Part shown: positions 48,892 through 58,129 of the stretch, piece after piece
How positions within the stretch are numbered: the first letter of the stretch is position 1
Layout: each line of letters opens with the position of its first letter
From: Dehalococcoidia bacterium
GTDB lineage: Bacteria; Chloroflexota; Dehalococcoidia; GIF9; UBA5629
Assembly: GCA_016930155.1 (NCBI GenBank)
Contig: JAFGHL010000018.1
Span: forward strand, 283-64,282
Direction of reading: 5' to 3'
Length of the DNA: 64,000 nucleotides
The notes under the pieces: model-generated
Told to the model about the DNA's origin: nothing
The model's input: the letters and a program-made list of their open reading frames with translations, nothing else
The model's database searches: none
Made by a program: the position numbers and the translations under genes

Positions 48892-50171
48892 AGGTGATAC
48901 GGGATTACAGGCGGGCCTTGAAAATCCTGGAACGCAGCATTCAATATGATCCTGGCGGCAGGATCGAAACTGCCGTACGTGAGATAATTGCAGGCGTCAG
49001 GAAAGGAGGGGATCAGACTCTAATCGCCTACGCCGAACGCTTCGACGGCGCCAGGTTGAAATCGCTCGAGGTTAAACCACGAGAAGTGACAGAGGCCCTC
49101 ACGTCCATCGACCCCCGGTTGATGAATGCGCTTAAATTCGCGGCCGCGCGCCTGGTGAAATTCCATAAAACCTGCCTGCGAATATACGGGCGCGGATTTT
49201 TCAAAAACGGCCTGGGGCAGCAGGTGTTGCCTATCGAGCACGTGGGAATATATGTACCCGGTGGCACCGCCTCATATCCCTCCACGGTACTGATGACTGC
49301 CATTCCAGCACGGGTGGCCGGAGTAAAAGAGATAATTATGGCCACGCCGTGCGGTAAAGATGGGAAAGTGCCGGCCGGCACCCTTGCCGCGGCTTTTGTC
49401 GCGGGCGTTGACCGCATATTTAAAATCGGCGGCGCGCAGGCCGTTGCGGCCATGGCCTTCGGCACCGTTTCGGTGCCGCGTGTAGATAAGATCTGTGGGC
49501 CTGGCAACATTTACGTTACGACTGCCAAGAAAATGGTTTACGGCCTGGTTGATATCGACGCCCTTCAAGGTCCCAGCGAAGTCATGCTGATTGCCGACGG
49601 AACTGCGAATGCCTCTTTCTGCGCTGCTGATCTGATAGCGCAGTCGGAACATGATGTCATGGCTTCATCCATCTTCGTAACCACTTCGGAGGGGCTGGCG
49701 GATAAGGTGCAGGCCGAACTCAAAAAACAGCTTTCAGGACTGAAAAGAAAAACCATCGTCGGCAGGGCTCTGACCTCAAACGGCCTGATCATCATAGTGA
49801 AAACTATGGAGCAGGCTATAGATCTGGCCAACCTTTATGCGCCGGAACATCTGTCAATCATGGTAAAAAACGCAGAGCGCTACATCAGCAGAATCAGGAA
49901 TGCCGGTTGTATCTGTATCGGCCAGTATTCACCGGTTGTGCTGGGCGATTACGTAGCCGGACCCAGCCATGCGCTGCCCACGGGGGGCAGCGCCCGCTTC
50001 AGCTCACCCCTGAACGTACTGGATTTTTTCAAGATCAGCAGTATCATCGCCCTTGAAGATAGCGCTATCAGGAGGCTGGGCCCTGCGGCCGCGTTGATGG
50101 CCGACAGCGAAGGACTGACAGGTCATGCCGGCGTCGTCAGGATCAGGCTGAAAAAAGGGAAAAATAAATAA
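48888..50171 (+). CDS. hisD: Histidinol dehydrogenase
   Basis: 427 aa; IAQSEHD and GDYVAGPSHALPTGG motifs. ATGA overlap with hisG. Confidence 0.97.
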   Translation: MKVIRDYRRALKILERSIQYDPGGRIETAVREIIAGVRKGGDQTLIAYAERFDGARLKSLEVKPREVTEALTSIDPRLMNALKFAAARLVKFHKTCLRIYGRGFFKNGLGQQVLPIEHVGIYVPGGTASYPSTVLMTAIPARVAGVKEIIMATPCGKDGKVPAGTLAAAFVAGVDRIFKIGGAQAVAAMAFGTVSVPRVDKICGPGNIYVTTAKKMVYGLVDIDALQGPSEVMLIADGTANASFCAADLIAQSEHDVMASSIFVTTSEGLADKVQAELKKQLSGLKRKTIVGRALTSNGLIIIVKTMEQAIDLANLYAPEHLSIMVKNAERYISRIRNAGCICIGQYSPVVLGDYVAGPSHALPTGGSARFSSPLNVLDFFKISSIIALEDSAIRRLGPAAALMADSEGLTGHAGVVRIRLKKGKNK

Positions 50172-50202
50172 ATCTGAGCAACCGTTCGTTATGGTGTAAC
50201 AT

Positions 50203-50643
50203 ATGATCAGGGTACATCGCGGTAATTTCCTGTATACGCTTAACAGCATACGGCAGAGCCTGTTTGCTTATCTCGAATCCGAGCTTTCCAGGCACGGTAT
50301 CAGCGGCATAGCTCCCTCGCACGGCGACATACTTCACATACTGGATAAAAAGGGCACCCTCCACCTTCGTGACTTAACCGAGCTATCTCTTAAAGATAAA
50401 TCTACAATAACGGCAGTCATCAGTCATCTCGAAAAAAACGGCTACGTTACCAGGGTAAGGGACGGCAACGATAAGAGACTGGTAAATATTCAGGTCACGG
50501 AAAAGGCCGCGACAATCAAGCCGGCACTGGAAAAGATATCCGAGAAAATGAACACACAGCTTTTCGAGGGCTTGAGCGCGGAGGAAAAAAACACCCTCTT
50601 TAAACTCATGACCAGAATCAGCCACAACGTAGACAAACTGTAG
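50203..50643 (+). CDS. MarR family transcriptional regulator
   Basis: 146 aa; winged-helix region LRDLTELSLKDKSTITAVISHLEKNGYVTRVRDGNDKRLVNIQVTEKA is typical of MarR. Confidence 0.85.
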   Translation: MIRVHRGNFLYTLNSIRQSLFAYLESELSRHGISGIAPSHGDILHILDKKGTLHLRDLTELSLKDKSTITAVISHLEKNGYVTRVRDGNDKRLVNIQVTEKAATIKPALEKISEKMNTQLFEGLSAEEKNTLFKLMTRISHNVDKL

Positions 50644-50671
50644 CTCCCCAATCGAATTGCACCCTATATCG

Positions 50672-50700
50672 TTTACATCCCTCCGTTAGCATGTTAAAAT
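50672..50700 (+). promoter_or_regulatory. Putative promoter (-35 TTTACA, 17 nt, extended -10 TGtTAAAAT) for the amidohydrolase gene
   Basis: TTTACA at 50672-50677, TG at 50692-50693 and TAAAAT at 50695-50700. GGAGGAG RBS and the ATG at 50745 lie downstream. Confidence 0.5.
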
Positions 50701-50720
50701 AGTTTTATACAAAACTATTT
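50697..50720. promoter_or_regulatory. Perfect 10-4-10 inverted repeat, candidate MarR operator
   Basis: AAATAGTTTT-ATAC-AAAACTATTT overlaps the -10 element and the predicted transcription start, directly downstream of the marR gene. Confidence 0.5.
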
Positions 50721-50744
50721 ATTTCTTATGCGGAGGAGAAACCG

Positions 50745-51569
50745 ATGAGCACCGAGAATGCGGCCATAGACGTTTGGATGCAGCATCCCACCATGAGATT
50801 CGGCAACCACCGGATGTTCGATTCTTTAAGGAGGTGGACCGGGCAGGAGAAGCTCGCCTCTGAATTGCCGCTGGAGTTGACGATCAGCCTGATGGATCAG
50901 GCGAATGTTTCCAGGGGACTGATATGCGCATGGTGGAGCCCGGACGGTCCGCTTATCTCCAACGATGAAGTAGCGGCCTTTGTTCAAAAATATCCGGACA
51001 GGCTGGTCGGAGTGGCATCGGCTAATCTTTACCGGCCGATGGAGGCGATCAGGGAACTCAGGCGCTGCGTCAGAGAGCTCGGATTCAAGGCATTGCGCAT
51101 CGTGCCCTGGCTGTGGAACCTCCCGCCGACGGACCGCCGCTATTATCCTCTGTATACCGAATGTGTGGACCTGGATATTCCTTTCTGCTGTCAGGTCGGC
51201 CATACCGGACCGCTCTGCCCGTCGGAGCCCGGCAGGCCCATTCCCTATATCGACGAGGTTGCGCTCGAATTCCCCGAATTAAAAATAGTCTGCGGACATA
51301 TCGGTTATCCATGGACGACAGAAATGATCGCGGTGGCGACCAAGCATGAGAACGTATACATCGATACCTCGGCCTACGTCGCCAAGAGGTTCCCGCCTGA
51401 ACTGGTGACATACATGCAAAAAAACGGTAAAAAGAAGGTCATGTTCGGCACCAATTACCCCATGGTCACGGCGGCCATGTGCCTCAAAGACCTGGATGCC
51501 CTGCAGTTAACCGAAGAGGTGAAGAAGTTATTCCTGTCTGAAAACGCCGTGCGGGTTTTCGGTCTTTAG
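50745..51569 (+). CDS. Amidohydrolase-2 (ACMSD/COG2159-like TIM-barrel metal-dependent hydrolase) family protein
   Basis: 274 aa; N-terminal AIDVWMQHP; later CCQVGHTG and IVCGHIGYPW, resembling the metal-ligand strands of the family. Substrate unknown. Confidence 0.75.
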   Translation: MSTENAAIDVWMQHPTMRFGNHRMFDSLRRWTGQEKLASELPLELTISLMDQANVSRGLICAWWSPDGPLISNDEVAAFVQKYPDRLVGVASANLYRPMEAIRELRRCVRELGFKALRIVPWLWNLPPTDRRYYPLYTECVDLDIPFCCQVGHTGPLCPSEPGRPIPYIDEVALEFPELKIVCGHIGYPWTTEMIAVATKHENVYIDTSAYVAKRFPPELVTYMQKNGKKKVMFGTNYPMVTAAMCLKDLDALQLTEEVKKLFLSENAVRVFGL

Positions 51570-51589
51570 ATTCGAGCCTTGTCTCACCC

Positions 51590-51677
51590 ACGTCATCGCG
51601 GCCGAAAGCCGCGGCAATCTGGTGTCCCCGCATGACAGCACAAGATTGCTTCGTCGTTATGCGCCGCGCAGTGACGT
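51590..51677. repeat. GC-rich structured intergenic repeat (second REP-like type)
   Basis: Imperfect terminal inverted repeat ACGTCATCGCGGC ... GCCGCGCAGTGACGT. Internal perfect hairpin CGCGGC-CGAAA-GCCGCG (51597-51613), followed by GATTGCTTCGTCGTTATGCGCCGCGCAGTGACG. Confidence 0.5.
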
Positions 51678-51758
51678 TAGCATGCAGCTTTCATCTGTGA
51701 AATGGTAAAATGAGAGCGCTGCCTTTCTATAATGGATTGCAGCCGGGTCTGATGTAAA

Positions 51759-52850
51759 ATGCTCAATTCAAAAGATGTTGAAAAAATGGTCCGCGGTGGG
51801 CTTAAAGGGATGAAAGCCTATACTCCCGTCGATCCGGTCGACGTGCTGACCGGACGCGCCGAAGTGCCGGAAGGGGACACCGCCAAGCTGGACGGCAATG
51901 AGAATCCCTACGGGTGCTCACCGCGGGTGCAAAAGGCGCTGGCCGGATTCCAGGACTATAATCGATACCCTGATCCAGACCAGAGGGATGTGCGCAGAGC
52001 CCTGGCTGTTTACACAGGTGTAAAAGCAGATTCTATCGTGGCCGGCGCCGGCAGCGACGACCTCATCGATATCATCTTGCGGTTGTTCATCGAGCCGGGA
52101 GACAGGGTTATCAACTGCCCGCCCACCTTCGGCATGTATCCGTTCTGTACGGTGATCGCTGGAGGAGAGGTGATAAAAGTGCCCCGCAGGCCGGATTTCT
52201 CGCTCGACCTTCCCGCCATAAAAAAGGTGATCGACGCCGGAACAAAGCTCATCTTCATTGCCTCCCCCAATAATCCCAGCGGTAACATGGCTGGCGTAGC
52301 TGAGATAAAAGAGCTTTTGTCCAGAGACTTGATCTTGGTAGTCGACGAAGCCTACGTCGAGTTCAGCGGCAACTCGCTCACGCCTCTGGTCAAACAATAT
52401 GCGAATCTAATAGTGCTACGCACCTTCAGCAAGTGGGCGGGTATAGCCGGCCTGAGGGCGGGCTACGGCATCTGCCCGGCCAATATCGTCCCCTATATGA
52501 TGAAGATAAAGCAGCCTTACAACATCAACATGGCCGCCTATGTAGCAATCCTTGAATCGCTGGCCGATCTTGATTACCTGCAAAACACTGTCAATGCGAT
52601 GGTCAAAGAGCGGGACGTGCTTTTCAAGGGACTGCAGCAGTTCAAATGGCTTAAGCCCTATCCCTCCCGGGCCAACTTCATTCTCTGCGCAGTGCTCTAC
52701 CGCAGCGCCAAAGACATCTACTTAGGGCTACAGAAGAAGGGAATCTTCATACGCTATTTCGAGACGCCCGAGCTGAAGGACTATATCCGCATCAGCGTTG
52801 GACGCCCGGAAGATACGCTCCGCGTAATTGCCGCCCTCAGAGATATGTGA
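51759..52850 (+). CDS. hisC: Histidinol-phosphate aminotransferase
   Basis: 363 aa; NENPYG, PNNPSGN, and PLP-Lys motif FSKWAGIAGLRAGY. Confidence 0.93.
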   Translation: MLNSKDVEKMVRGGLKGMKAYTPVDPVDVLTGRAEVPEGDTAKLDGNENPYGCSPRVQKALAGFQDYNRYPDPDQRDVRRALAVYTGVKADSIVAGAGSDDLIDIILRLFIEPGDRVINCPPTFGMYPFCTVIAGGEVIKVPRRPDFSLDLPAIKKVIDAGTKLIFIASPNNPSGNMAGVAEIKELLSRDLILVVDEAYVEFSGNSLTPLVKQYANLIVLRTFSKWAGIAGLRAGYGICPANIVPYMMKIKQPYNINMAAYVAILESLADLDYLQNTVNAMVKERDVLFKGLQQFKWLKPYPSRANFILCAVLYRSAKDIYLGLQKKGIFIRYFETPELKDYIRISVGRPEDTLRVIAALRDM

Positions 52851-52886
52851 TAACCTTTGCCTGAAACCAGCAATAAAGAGGTGAAA

Positions 52887-53474
52887 ATGTCCGAACGCAA
52901 AGCAAGCATCACCCGCCGAACAAAGGAAACCTCGATCAAGGTCGAGGTCAATATCGACGGCAGCAGCCGGTACGAGATAACCACGGGCATCCTCTTTTTC
53001 GACCACATGCTCTGCCAGCTTGCCCAGCACGGCATTTTCGACCTTAAAATATCGGCCACCGGCTCCGATCAGCACCACGTCGTCGAGGATGTGGCCATCA
53101 CCCTTGGCCGTGCCTTTAACCAGGCGCTGGGAGAAAAACAGGGCATTGTCAGGATGGCTGATGCGATTGTTCCCATGGACGAAGCCGTAGCGCTGGTGGC
53201 GCTGGATATATCAGGCCGCGGCCATGCCGTTATCGAGACTGCTATCAAAGAGGCCACCATATCGGAGATGCATTCAGACCTGGTCGACCATTTCTTCGTC
53301 TCCTTCGCCCAGGAGGCGCGCATCAACATACATGCCTGGGTGCTGACCGGCAAGAACGACCACCACAAAGCAGAGGCGCTTTTCAAGGCGCTGGCGCGCG
53401 CACTCGATAACGCCACCCGTATCGATCCCCGCATCTCGGGCAACGTGCCCAGCACCAAGGACAGTATCGACTGA
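52887..53474 (+). CDS. hisB: Imidazoleglycerol-phosphate dehydratase (monofunctional, no phosphatase domain)
   Basis: RRTKETSIKVEVNIDG, DQHHVVED, GKNDHHKAEA motifs. Start set to ATG 52887, with AGAGGTGA upstream; 195 aa. Confidence 0.95.
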   Translation: MSERKASITRRTKETSIKVEVNIDGSSRYEITTGILFFDHMLCQLAQHGIFDLKISATGSDQHHVVEDVAITLGRAFNQALGEKQGIVRMADAIVPMDEAVALVALDISGRGHAVIETAIKEATISEMHSDLVDHFFVSFAQEARINIHAWVLTGKNDHHKAEALFKALARALDNATRIDPRISGNVPSTKDSID

Positions 53475-53489
53475 TTGCCGCCTTATCTG

Positions 53490-54281
53490 CTAAAGCAATT
53501 TCTCAAGCTCGTCGATCTTGGCCTCGAGCTCCATCTGAGACCTTTTCTGCTCCTGTACGAGACGTTTTATCTCCGATAGGGTCACTCCTTGATCATCCTG
53601 GCTATCGCTCGCTTGCCTGCCCAACTTCTTACCCCCACGTCTTTGCAGAAATGCATTCGCCACAAAACCCGTAAGTGTGCCGAAAAGCGCCGTGCCGGCC
53701 GTCATAACCAGGACCCCCACGAAACGTCCCTCACCGGTTACGGGCACAACATCTCCATAACCGGTGGTCGTGATCGTCTGATAGATAAACCACATGGCAT
53801 CCTGCCAGTCCTGAATCTGGGCGTCGGGTACCTTGTTCTCCAACTTCACTATAGCTATGCCGCCGAATTCCAGTATGATCATGATGAGGAAAAGCACGGT
53901 TAGGAAAGCGGTTGCCGAGCTGTAATCCTTCAGTTCGCGAATAATGTTGGTTCGTCCATAGCCGATCAACATCCTGGCCGTACGTACGATCCTGACCAGG
54001 CGAAGCAGTTTGGCCCAGTTTATCGGCGATGTCGACAATAAGTCGGCCCAGCCGAACTGTTTGAAAAAATAGTTGGATTTGGATTTAGCCAGGGCGAGCC
54101 GCATTATGAAGTCCACCAGGAATATGAAGCTGTAGGTCCAGTCCATCGCCCCCAGCACACCGGCTATGTCACGGTCCCGGGTAAGATAAAAAATAAGAAT
54201 ATTTGCTATAGCGATAACTGATAACGCGGCTATGAAAAGCTCGTACCCGACATTCTTCAGTTCTTCCGGTTGGCGTTTCAT
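53490..54281 (-). CDS. Voltage-gated-like potassium channel (compact, 263 aa)
   Basis: Selectivity filter TTTGYGD, S4-like LLRLVRIVRTARML, and a C-terminal coiled coil (EQKRSQMELEAKIDELEKLL). Confidence 0.85.
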   Translation of the reverse strand: MKRQPEELKNVGYELFIAALSVIAIANILIFYLTRDRDIAGVLGAMDWTYSFIFLVDFIMRLALAKSKSNYFFKQFGWADLLSTSPINWAKLLRLVRIVRTARMLIGYGRTNIIRELKDYSSATAFLTVLFLIMIILEFGGIAIVKLENKVPDAQIQDWQDAMWFIYQTITTTGYGDVVPVTGEGRFVGVLVMTAGTALFGTLTGFVANAFLQRRGGKKLGRQASDSQDDQGVTLSEIKRLVQEQKRSQMELEAKIDELEKLL

Positions 54282-54446
54282 AGGCGTCCCTTCATACTAT
54301 ACGCTCCGCAGTGTTGCCCGTTATCCCTTTATTCCTGTTATTCCTGCATACTGCTAAAAACCATTTTATACTATTTAAACAACAATCAACCAGTTCAAAG
54401 AGTCTATACTCATGGCAGGGCTGACAATCTCCGTAACTGAGCTCTG

Positions 54447-54475
54447 TTGACATCCCTTTCCTGTCCGCATAGAAT
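54447..54475 (+). promoter_or_regulatory. Near-consensus sigma70 promoter (-35 TTGACA, 17 nt, -10 TAGAAT) for the SCP2-ADH-AOR operon
   Basis: TTGACA at 54447-54452 and TAGAAT at 54470-54475, followed by GGGAGG (54494-54499) and the ATG at 54506. Confidence 0.55.
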
Positions 54476-54505
54476 ACCAGCAAAACTAATTCAGGGAGGT
54501 ATGGT

Positions 54506-54919
54506 ATGGCAGTATTTGGAACATTAGAGTGGGCAACCGCGTTCATGAATGCGATCAACGCAAGCAAACCTTATGAGGACGCGGCAAAAACATGGGAAGG
54601 TGACTTCTATTTCATCATCGAGCCGGGGGGAGCGGTCAAAGAGCCCGGCTACCAGTATGTTGACCTGTGGCATGGCAAATGCCGTAAAGTCGATGTCATA
54701 CCGGCGGCGGAGAAGGATAAGTATAAGCCGGAATTCGTTCTATCAGCTTCAATAGCTACCTGGCGCAAGGTGGCCGAGAAGAAAATAGACCCCATCCAGG
54801 CTATCGTTACACGCCAGCTCAAACTCACAGGCAACATGGGCAAGGTCATGCGAGCCGTCAAGGCAGCGCAGGAACTGGTTAACTGCGTAACGCAGGTCCA
54901 GACAGAATATCCTGAATAA
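54506..54919 (+). CDS. SCP2 (sterol carrier protein 2)-like domain protein
   Basis: 137 aa. LEWATAFMNAINASKPYEDAAKTWEGDFYFIIEP...IVTRQLKLTGNMGKVMR fits the SCP2 fold pattern (C-terminal G.lk..Gn..k...). Confidence 0.7.
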   Translation: MAVFGTLEWATAFMNAINASKPYEDAAKTWEGDFYFIIEPGGAVKEPGYQYVDLWHGKCRKVDVIPAAEKDKYKPEFVLSASIATWRKVAEKKIDPIQAIVTRQLKLTGNMGKVMRAVKAAQELVNCVTQVQTEYPE

Positions 54920-54975
54920 ACGTCACTGTAAATATAATTAAGGTTTCCTGGTATTCATACTGAGGAGGAGGTAAT

Positions 54976-56145
54976 ATGCAGTTTTTTGGTGTCCCGTTTA
55001 CCGTTTTTGGCGACGATTCGCTGCAATATCTCAACACTATCCTGGCCAAACGCGCCTTCATAGTCACGGATACCAACATCGTCAAGCTCGGCCTGCACGA
55101 GTTGGTCATAGCTGAACTGAAGACAGCCAATATCGAGTGCAAGGTTTTCGATGGGGTCGAGCCTGATCCCTCAATTCAGACCGTGGAAAAGGCAACGGCT
55201 ATTGCTAAAGATTACAAACCGGATTTGTTTATCGGGCTGGGCGGTGGATCTTCCATGGACGCCTGCAAGTCAACCATGGTTTGTTATTGCGCAGGCATAG
55301 GTCCGCTGGATATGTCGCCGTCCGATTTTTATAACCTCAGGGCCAAGGCCCGCCTTATCTGCATCCCCACCACCAGCGGCACCGGCTCCGAGGCCACCTG
55401 GGCGATCGTACTAACGGACACGGAGCATAACAGAAAGGTGGCGCTGGGCTCATATGAGACACTGCCTGACATAGCCATCCTCGATCCCCGCATGGTTATG
55501 AGCATGCCGCCACATGTAACAGGCTCCACCGGATTGGATGCCCTCACACATGCCATTGAAGGCTATACGGTGACATGGCGCACGCCGTTTACAGACGGGC
55601 CGGGGCTGTTTGCCATTAAATACATCTTTGAATACCTGAAAAGAGCATACGATGACGGCAAGGATGAAGAAGCCCGCAAGTACATGATGTATGCAGCCAG
55701 CCAGGCCGGCACCTGCTTCGGCAACGGCATGGCCGGACTGGCGCATAGCTGCGGGCACGCCCTGGGGGGCATCTTCCATACACCGCATGGTGTAGCCATG
55801 GGGCTATATCTCCCATATACCATGGAATATGTGGCAAATGGTTCGGAAGAGGCCCTTCAGAGATACGCAGAGATCGCCCGTTTTTGCGGCATTGAGCAGG
55901 GTAGCGATAAAGAATGCAGCAAGGCTCTTGTTGCGGCTGTACGTAAACTGGTGAAAGATGTCGGTCAGAGCTCTTCAGTCAAAGACCTTAAGATCGATAA
56001 AGATAAATATATGAAAGCCCTGCCCGATCTTATCGACAGGGCGGTAAACGAGGCTATGACTATCGCCGTAACCAGGGTGCCCGAAAGCGAGGATATAGAG
56101 AAAATGTTCATTTGCGCTTACGACGGCAAACCGGTAGATTTCTAA
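54976..56145 (+). CDS. Iron-containing (group III) alcohol dehydrogenase
   Basis: GGGSSMDACK motif and His-rich metal-site region (LTHAIEG..., HSCGHALGGIFHTPHG); 389 aa. Confidence 0.92.
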   Translation: MQFFGVPFTVFGDDSLQYLNTILAKRAFIVTDTNIVKLGLHELVIAELKTANIECKVFDGVEPDPSIQTVEKATAIAKDYKPDLFIGLGGGSSMDACKSTMVCYCAGIGPLDMSPSDFYNLRAKARLICIPTTSGTGSEATWAIVLTDTEHNRKVALGSYETLPDIAILDPRMVMSMPPHVTGSTGLDALTHAIEGYTVTWRTPFTDGPGLFAIKYIFEYLKRAYDDGKDEEARKYMMYAASQAGTCFGNGMAGLAHSCGHALGGIFHTPHGVAMGLYLPYTMEYVANGSEEALQRYAEIARFCGIEQGSDKECSKALVAAVRKLVKDVGQSSSVKDLKIDKDKYMKALPDLIDRAVNEAMTIAVTRVPESEDIEKMFICAYDGKPVDF

Positions 56146-56206
56146 TTATCGCTGCAGGGCGGGAGGTCGGAGACGTCCGAAAAATAACAGGTAAGGAGGA
56201 GCCGCC

Positions 56207-58036
56207 ATGTATGGATACATGGGCAAGATACTTGTTGTAGACCTGTCAAAAAAAGAGCTGAAGGATGAGCCTCTAAATGAGCAGTATGCACGCGATTTTA
56301 TAGGCGCGGGCGGCATCGCCTGCCGCTATCTGGCGGACCTTACCACGGACAAAACAGACCCGATGGGCTCCGATAATCCGCTCATTTTCATGACCGGGCT
56401 GTTGACCGGCACAGGCGGCCCCAGCTTCAGCCGCTGGGTGGTCGCGGCCCGTTCGCCCTACACAACCTATTACGGCGATGCCAACGGCGCGGCGCACTTC
56501 GGCTCGGAGCTGCGCTTCGCCGGCTATGACGGTATCATAGTCAAGGGGAAATCCGACAAACCCGTTTACCTGTATATCAAGGACGGTAAAGCCGAGCTTA
56601 AAGACGCAACTGCTTTATGGGGTAAGAACACCTACCAGACGATCGAAGCTATACGCAAAGAGTACGATGACCAGCGCACTCGCGTGGCCTGCATCGGCCA
56701 GGCCGGGGAAAACGAAGTGCTGTTTGCCAACATTATGACCGAGGACGGCCACTGCGCCGGCCGGGCCGGCATGGGCTGTGTCATGGGAACCAAGAAACTC
56801 AAAGCCATTGCAGTCAGGGGCAAGGCCAGGATCCCCATGAAGGACCCCGAGAAGTTCAGAGAATTCGCTCGCGGCGCCATGGAGGAGGTCAAGAGCGGCT
56901 TTGTCACAACTATAATGCACGATACCGGAACATGCGGATGGGTGGATTCGGGCATCGCCTACGGCGACACGCCCACCAAATACTACACTATCGCCACCAT
57001 GCCTGAGACCACCGATATCAGTGGAGTCACACAGTCCGAGAAATACCAGGTCGGCAATACCGCCTGTTTCGGCTGTCCCATCGGGTGCCGCAAGGTGCTG
57101 CACATCAAGGACGGGCCCTTCAAGACGGATAAACCCACGGAGGGACCGGAGTATGAAACGCTCATCGCATGGGGCCCTCAGTTGATGATAGCCGATATGG
57201 GCGCCATCAACCACTTCAACGAGCTGATCAACGGTTACGGCTTCGACAGCATCAGCAGCGGTTCCAGCGCCGCCTTCGCTTTCTACCTCTATGAGAAGGG
57301 TGTGATCACCAGCAAGGACACGGGCGGTTTGGAGTTGAAGTGGGGCGACATAGACGTTGCACTGAAGCTGATTGAATTAATAGCCAGGAACGAGGGCTTC
57401 GGCAAGATCGTACAGGAGGGTACCAAGCGCATGGCGGCCAGGTATAACCGCCCCGGCGAGGCCATGCAGGTCAAGGGCCTGGAGTTCCCCATGCACGATC
57501 CGCGGGCCTACAGCTGCATGGGCCTGGCCTACGCCACCAGCAACCGCGGCGCGGATCACAATAAGAGCGATGCTTACCTTGTGGAGAACGGCATGGGCAA
57601 CCCGGATCTCGGCCTGAATCCCGGAGACCGCTGGGGAGACGACAAGGCCCCGATGGTAGTGCTCTCTCAAGACTGGCGCTCTCTGACCGATGCTCTGGGC
57701 ATCTGCCATTTCGCCATGATGTCTACACAGTCGATTGTGGATATGATCAATGCCTCCACCGGCTGGGGAGTTGACCAGGACGCCATTCTCAAGGCAGGCG
57801 AGCGCATTTTCCAGATGATGAGAGCCATGACATGCCGATTCGGCGTCACCTCCAAGGACGACGTATTGCCGGAAATTGCGCTGCGTCCCATTCCCGACGG
57901 CGGGCAGGAAGGCAACGTGCCCAACATGGCCAAGATGCTGCCCGAGTATTACGAGATACGCGATTGGGACAAGGCAACCGGCAAGCCCAGCAAAGACCGT
58001 ATGGAAAAGCTGGGCATCGGCGCACTGGCAGGCTAA
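56207..58036 (+). CDS. Aldehyde:ferredoxin oxidoreductase (tungstopterin AOR family), canonical
   Basis: MGKILVVDLS N-terminus, AGRAGMGCVMGTKKLKAI, cluster motif CFGCPIGC (C-x2-C-x3-C), NRGADH, DALGICHF; 609 aa. Confidence 0.93.
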   Translation: MYGYMGKILVVDLSKKELKDEPLNEQYARDFIGAGGIACRYLADLTTDKTDPMGSDNPLIFMTGLLTGTGGPSFSRWVVAARSPYTTYYGDANGAAHFGSELRFAGYDGIIVKGKSDKPVYLYIKDGKAELKDATALWGKNTYQTIEAIRKEYDDQRTRVACIGQAGENEVLFANIMTEDGHCAGRAGMGCVMGTKKLKAIAVRGKARIPMKDPEKFREFARGAMEEVKSGFVTTIMHDTGTCGWVDSGIAYGDTPTKYYTIATMPETTDISGVTQSEKYQVGNTACFGCPIGCRKVLHIKDGPFKTDKPTEGPEYETLIAWGPQLMIADMGAINHFNELINGYGFDSISSGSSAAFAFYLYEKGVITSKDTGGLELKWGDIDVALKLIELIARNEGFGKIVQEGTKRMAARYNRPGEAMQVKGLEFPMHDPRAYSCMGLAYATSNRGADHNKSDAYLVENGMGNPDLGLNPGDRWGDDKAPMVVLSQDWRSLTDALGICHFAMMSTQSIVDMINASTGWGVDQDAILKAGERIFQMMRAMTCRFGVTSKDDVLPEIALRPIPDGGQEGNVPNMAKMLPEYYEIRDWDKATGKPSKDRMEKLGIGALAG

Positions 58037-58042
58037 GCCGTA

Positions 58043-58108
58043 GTGGCTTTGCTTCAGCTACGCCCGAACAAGTAGCTGTCGGGGCGTTGCTTCATCTGCG
58101 CCCGTAAC
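58043..58108. repeat. Two imperfect direct copies of a ~27-nt GC-rich unit
   Basis: GTGGCTTTGCTTCAGCTACGCCCGAAC (58043-58069) versus GGGGCGTTGCTTCATCTGCGCCCGTAAC (58081-58108). Both share the GCTTCA core seen in the loops of the other hairpin elements. Confidence 0.4.
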
Positions 58109-58129
58109 TATAGCTGCGACCGCTCTTGC

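Noticed and set aside
54292-54567. 91-aa minus-strand ORF in the gap between the K+ channel and the SCP2 gene.
   Set aside because: It overlaps the near-consensus promoter, the RBS and the 5-prime end of the SCP2 gene on the other strand. It has no RBS and no recognisable motifs.
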